A model generated the notes under the pieces. The model did not search any database and was not told where the DNA came from. It saw only the letters and a list, made by a program, of their open reading frames with translations. Made by a program: the position numbers and the translations under genes. A DNA stretch of 64,000 nucleotides from the human T2T-CHM13v2.0 reference genome, Homo sapiens: NCBI RefSeq assembly GCF_009914755.1, contig NC_060926.1; one strand, given 5' to 3'. This document shows positions 61,149-64,000 of this stretch, one piece after another; the stretch's first letter is position 1, and each line of letters begins with the position of its first letter.

Positions 61149-62529
61149 TAAACTTTCCTTTTAGAACTGCTTTTGGTGCATCCATATCTTTTAGTTTGTT
61201 GTGTTTTCAATTTTGTTTCTCTCATAATAGCTTTAATTTCCCTTTTGATTTATTTTTGACCTGTTGGTCATTCAGGAGCATGTTGCTTCATTTCCATGGA
61301 TTTGTGAATTTTCTAATTTTCCTCTTGTTACTGATTTCTAGTTTCCTACCTTTGTGGTCAGAAAAGATACTTGATATGATTTCAGTCTTCTTGAAACACA
61401 TAATTTATCCTGGAGACTGTCCCATATGCACTTGAGAAAAAGGTATACTCTGTTGCTGTTGGATAAAATGTCCTATATGTGTCTGTTAGGTCCATTGATT
61501 ATACAATGGTATTCAAATCCACTGCTTGCTTATTGATTTTCCTATGTGGTTGATCTATCCATTGTTGAGAGTGGGGTATTAAAGTATTCTACTGTTACTA
61601 TATTGCTGTTTATTTCTCCTTTCAGTTATTTTAATATTTGTTTTATATAGTTAAGTGCTCTTACATTTAGTGCAGATATAGTTATAATTGTTATATATTC
61701 TTGATGAGTTGACCCATTTAACACTCTGTGATGATCTATTGTCTCTGTTGACAGTTTTTTATTGAAAGGCTCTTTTTTTCTAACGTAAGTATAGCCATCC
61801 TGCTTTCTTTTGGTTACCATTTGCATGGAATTTTTTTTTCTATTTTTTTTCACCTTTCAGCCTATGCATGTTCTTAAAGCTAAAGTGAGTCTCTTGTGGG
61901 AAGCATGTACTTGGATCTTGTTTTTTTTTTTTTTTAATCCATCTAGCTACTCTATGTCTTTTGATTGAAGAATTTAATTCATTTATATTTAAAGTAATTA
62001 TTGATAGGTAAGGATTTGCTATTGACATTTTGTTAATTGTTTTCTGACTGTTTTGTATTTCCTTTGTTCCTTTCGTTCTCTCTTGCTGTCTTCCCTTACA
62101 ATTTGATTACTTCTGTGGTGACAGGCTCTGATTTCTTTCTCCGAATCTTTTGTATATCTACTACAGGTTTTTTTATTGTGGTTACCATGAGGCTGCATAA
62201 AACATTATAGTTATAACAACCAATTTTAAGGTCATACAACTTCATTTGCATATACAAATTGTATACTTTACTTCCCCTCCACACACATTTCAACTTATTG
62301 ATGCTACAGTGTAAATTTTTAAATATTATGTATCCATTAACAAATTACTGTGGCTTCAAAAATACATTTGTCTTTCACTCTTTTACTAGAGTTGAAAGCA
62401 GTTTATGCACAATTACAATATTACAGAATTCTGAATTTAACTATACTTTTTTTGCTAATGAGCTTTGTACAGTCATGTTTTTACATTTTTAATTAGCATC
62501 CTTTTCTTTTCAGTTTGAAGAACTTCCTT

Positions 62530-63011
62530 TATTATTTTTTTCCTTTTTTTTTTTTTTTTTGAGACAGAGTCTCACTCTGTTGCCCAGACTGGGATGCAGT
62601 GGCATGATCTCAGCTCACTGCAATCTCTGCCTCCCAGGTTCAAGCAATTCTCTTGCCTCAATCTCCTGAGTAGCTGGAATTATAGACATCTGCCACCACC
62701 CCTGGCTAAAGTTTTTTGTATTTGTAGTAGAGACGGGGTTTCGCTATGTTGGCCAGGTTGGTCTCAAACTCCTGACCTCAAGTGATTCACCTACTTCAGC
62801 ATCCCAAAGTGCTGAGATTACAGGCATGAGCCACCAAACCTGGTCAATTTTTTCCTATTATTTTTGAGACAAAGTCTTTCTCTGTTGCCCATGTGAAGTG
62901 CAATGGCACAATCACAGCTCATCGTAGCCTCGACCTCCCAAGCTCAAGTGATCCTCCCACCTCAGACTCCCAATGTGCTGGGGCTACAGGCATGAACCAC
63001 TGTACCTGGCA
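62530..63011 (-). mobile_element. Alu monomer (FAM/FRAM-like, 62860-63011) with AluS (62545-62846) inserted in its tail
   Basis: Outer TSD ctttattattt; inner TSD attttttcct-like. Confidence 0.85.
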
Positions 63012-63420
63012 TCTTTATTATTTCTTGTAAGTCAAGTCTAGTGGTATTGAATGCCTCCAGTTTTTGTTTGTTTGGTAAAGTCTTCATCTCTCTTTCATTT
63101 CTGAAGAACAACGTTGCCAGATAAAGCATTCTTGGTTGACAGTTTTCCCCCCTTTCAGCACTTTGAATATATCATCCCACTCTGTCCTGGCCTGCAAAGT
63201 TTCTGCTCAAAAATTGTCTGATAGTCTTATGGTACTTTACTTGTATGTGATGTGAGTCAATTTTTTTTTCCTGATTTCAAAATTTTCTCTATCTTTGTCT
63301 TTTTGACAACTTAATTATACTGTGTCTCAGTGTATTCCTTTTCTGGTTCAAACTATTTGGGGATTTTTGCACCTTATGAATCTAGATGTCCATTTCTCTC
63401 CCCAAATTTGGGGAGTTTTC

Positions 63421-64000
63421 AGCCATTTCTGGACTCTCTGTTCTTGCCTATTGGTCTGTTTATCTGTTTTTTCAACAACACCACACTATCTGGAATACTA
63501 TAGCTGTATAGTAAGTCTTGAAATTGGGTAGTGTCAGTCCTTTAACTTTGTTCTTCTCCTGCAATATTGAGTTGACTGGGTCTTTTGCCTCTGCATATAA
63601 ACTTTAGAATCGGTTTGCTGATATTCATAAAATAACTTGCTGAGATTTTTATTGAGATTGCATTAAACCTATAGATCAAGTTGAAAAGAATTGATATATG
63701 TTTTTAATTTCAAATTCCTCTTGTTCATTGCTGGTATATAAGAAAGCAATTGACTTTTGTATATTAACTTTGTATTTTGCAAGCTTTCTATAATCATTTA
63801 TAAGTTCCAGGAGTTTTTGTTGTTGACTCTCAGATTTTTTATGTAAGAAATCATGTTATCTTCAAACAAAGAAAATTTTACTTGTTTAATCTCAGTCTCT
63901 ATAATATTTATTTATTTCATTTTCTTCTTTAATTGTGTTAGCAAGGACTACCAGTACAATGTTGAAAAGCACTGATGAAAGAGGACATGCTTGCCTTATT
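63421..64000 (-). mobile_element. Separate old L1M ORF2 fragment, running off the window end
   Basis: ccacactatctggaatactatagctgtatagtaagtcttgaaattgggtagtgtcagtcc is L1M ORF2 text, repeating a part of ORF2 already seen at ~59100. Confidence 0.8.

Overview
Primate (very probably human) genomic DNA. It is AT-rich and repeat-dense, and I can support no protein-coding exon; the supplied ORFs are Alu, L1, microsatellite or chance ORFs. The main host-functional element is a small CpG-island promoter at about 13.6-14.2 kb (CCAAT, GC-box, NF-kB-like, CRE-like and RFX half-site motifs). It probably drives a leftward (minus-strand) transcript with non-coding first exons at about 12.8-13.2 kb. I cannot name the gene. 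The rest is a layered transposon record: about 21 Alus, a full-length decayed L1PB-type element (48.1-55.3 kb), an old L1MA-type element (57.7-63.4 kb), and a 5'LTR-gag-pro-pol ERVL (LTR16/HERV16-type) remnant (23.7-27.75 kb). There are also fragmented L3/CR1 and L2 elements, MaLR LTRs, MIRs and hAT MITEs. The most interesting structure: three hAT MITEs stacked at one regenerated 8-bp target site, an ancient local duplication of an L3 3' segment, a flip in retroelement orientation at the CpG island, a divergent pair of CTCF-like motifs, a (GGAA)10 microsatellite near the promoter, and a near-consensus RFX X-box next to a CRE-like site. Repeat subfamily names come from recalled consensus sequences and need RepeatMasker/Dfam confirmation. 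I see no convincing new biological system.
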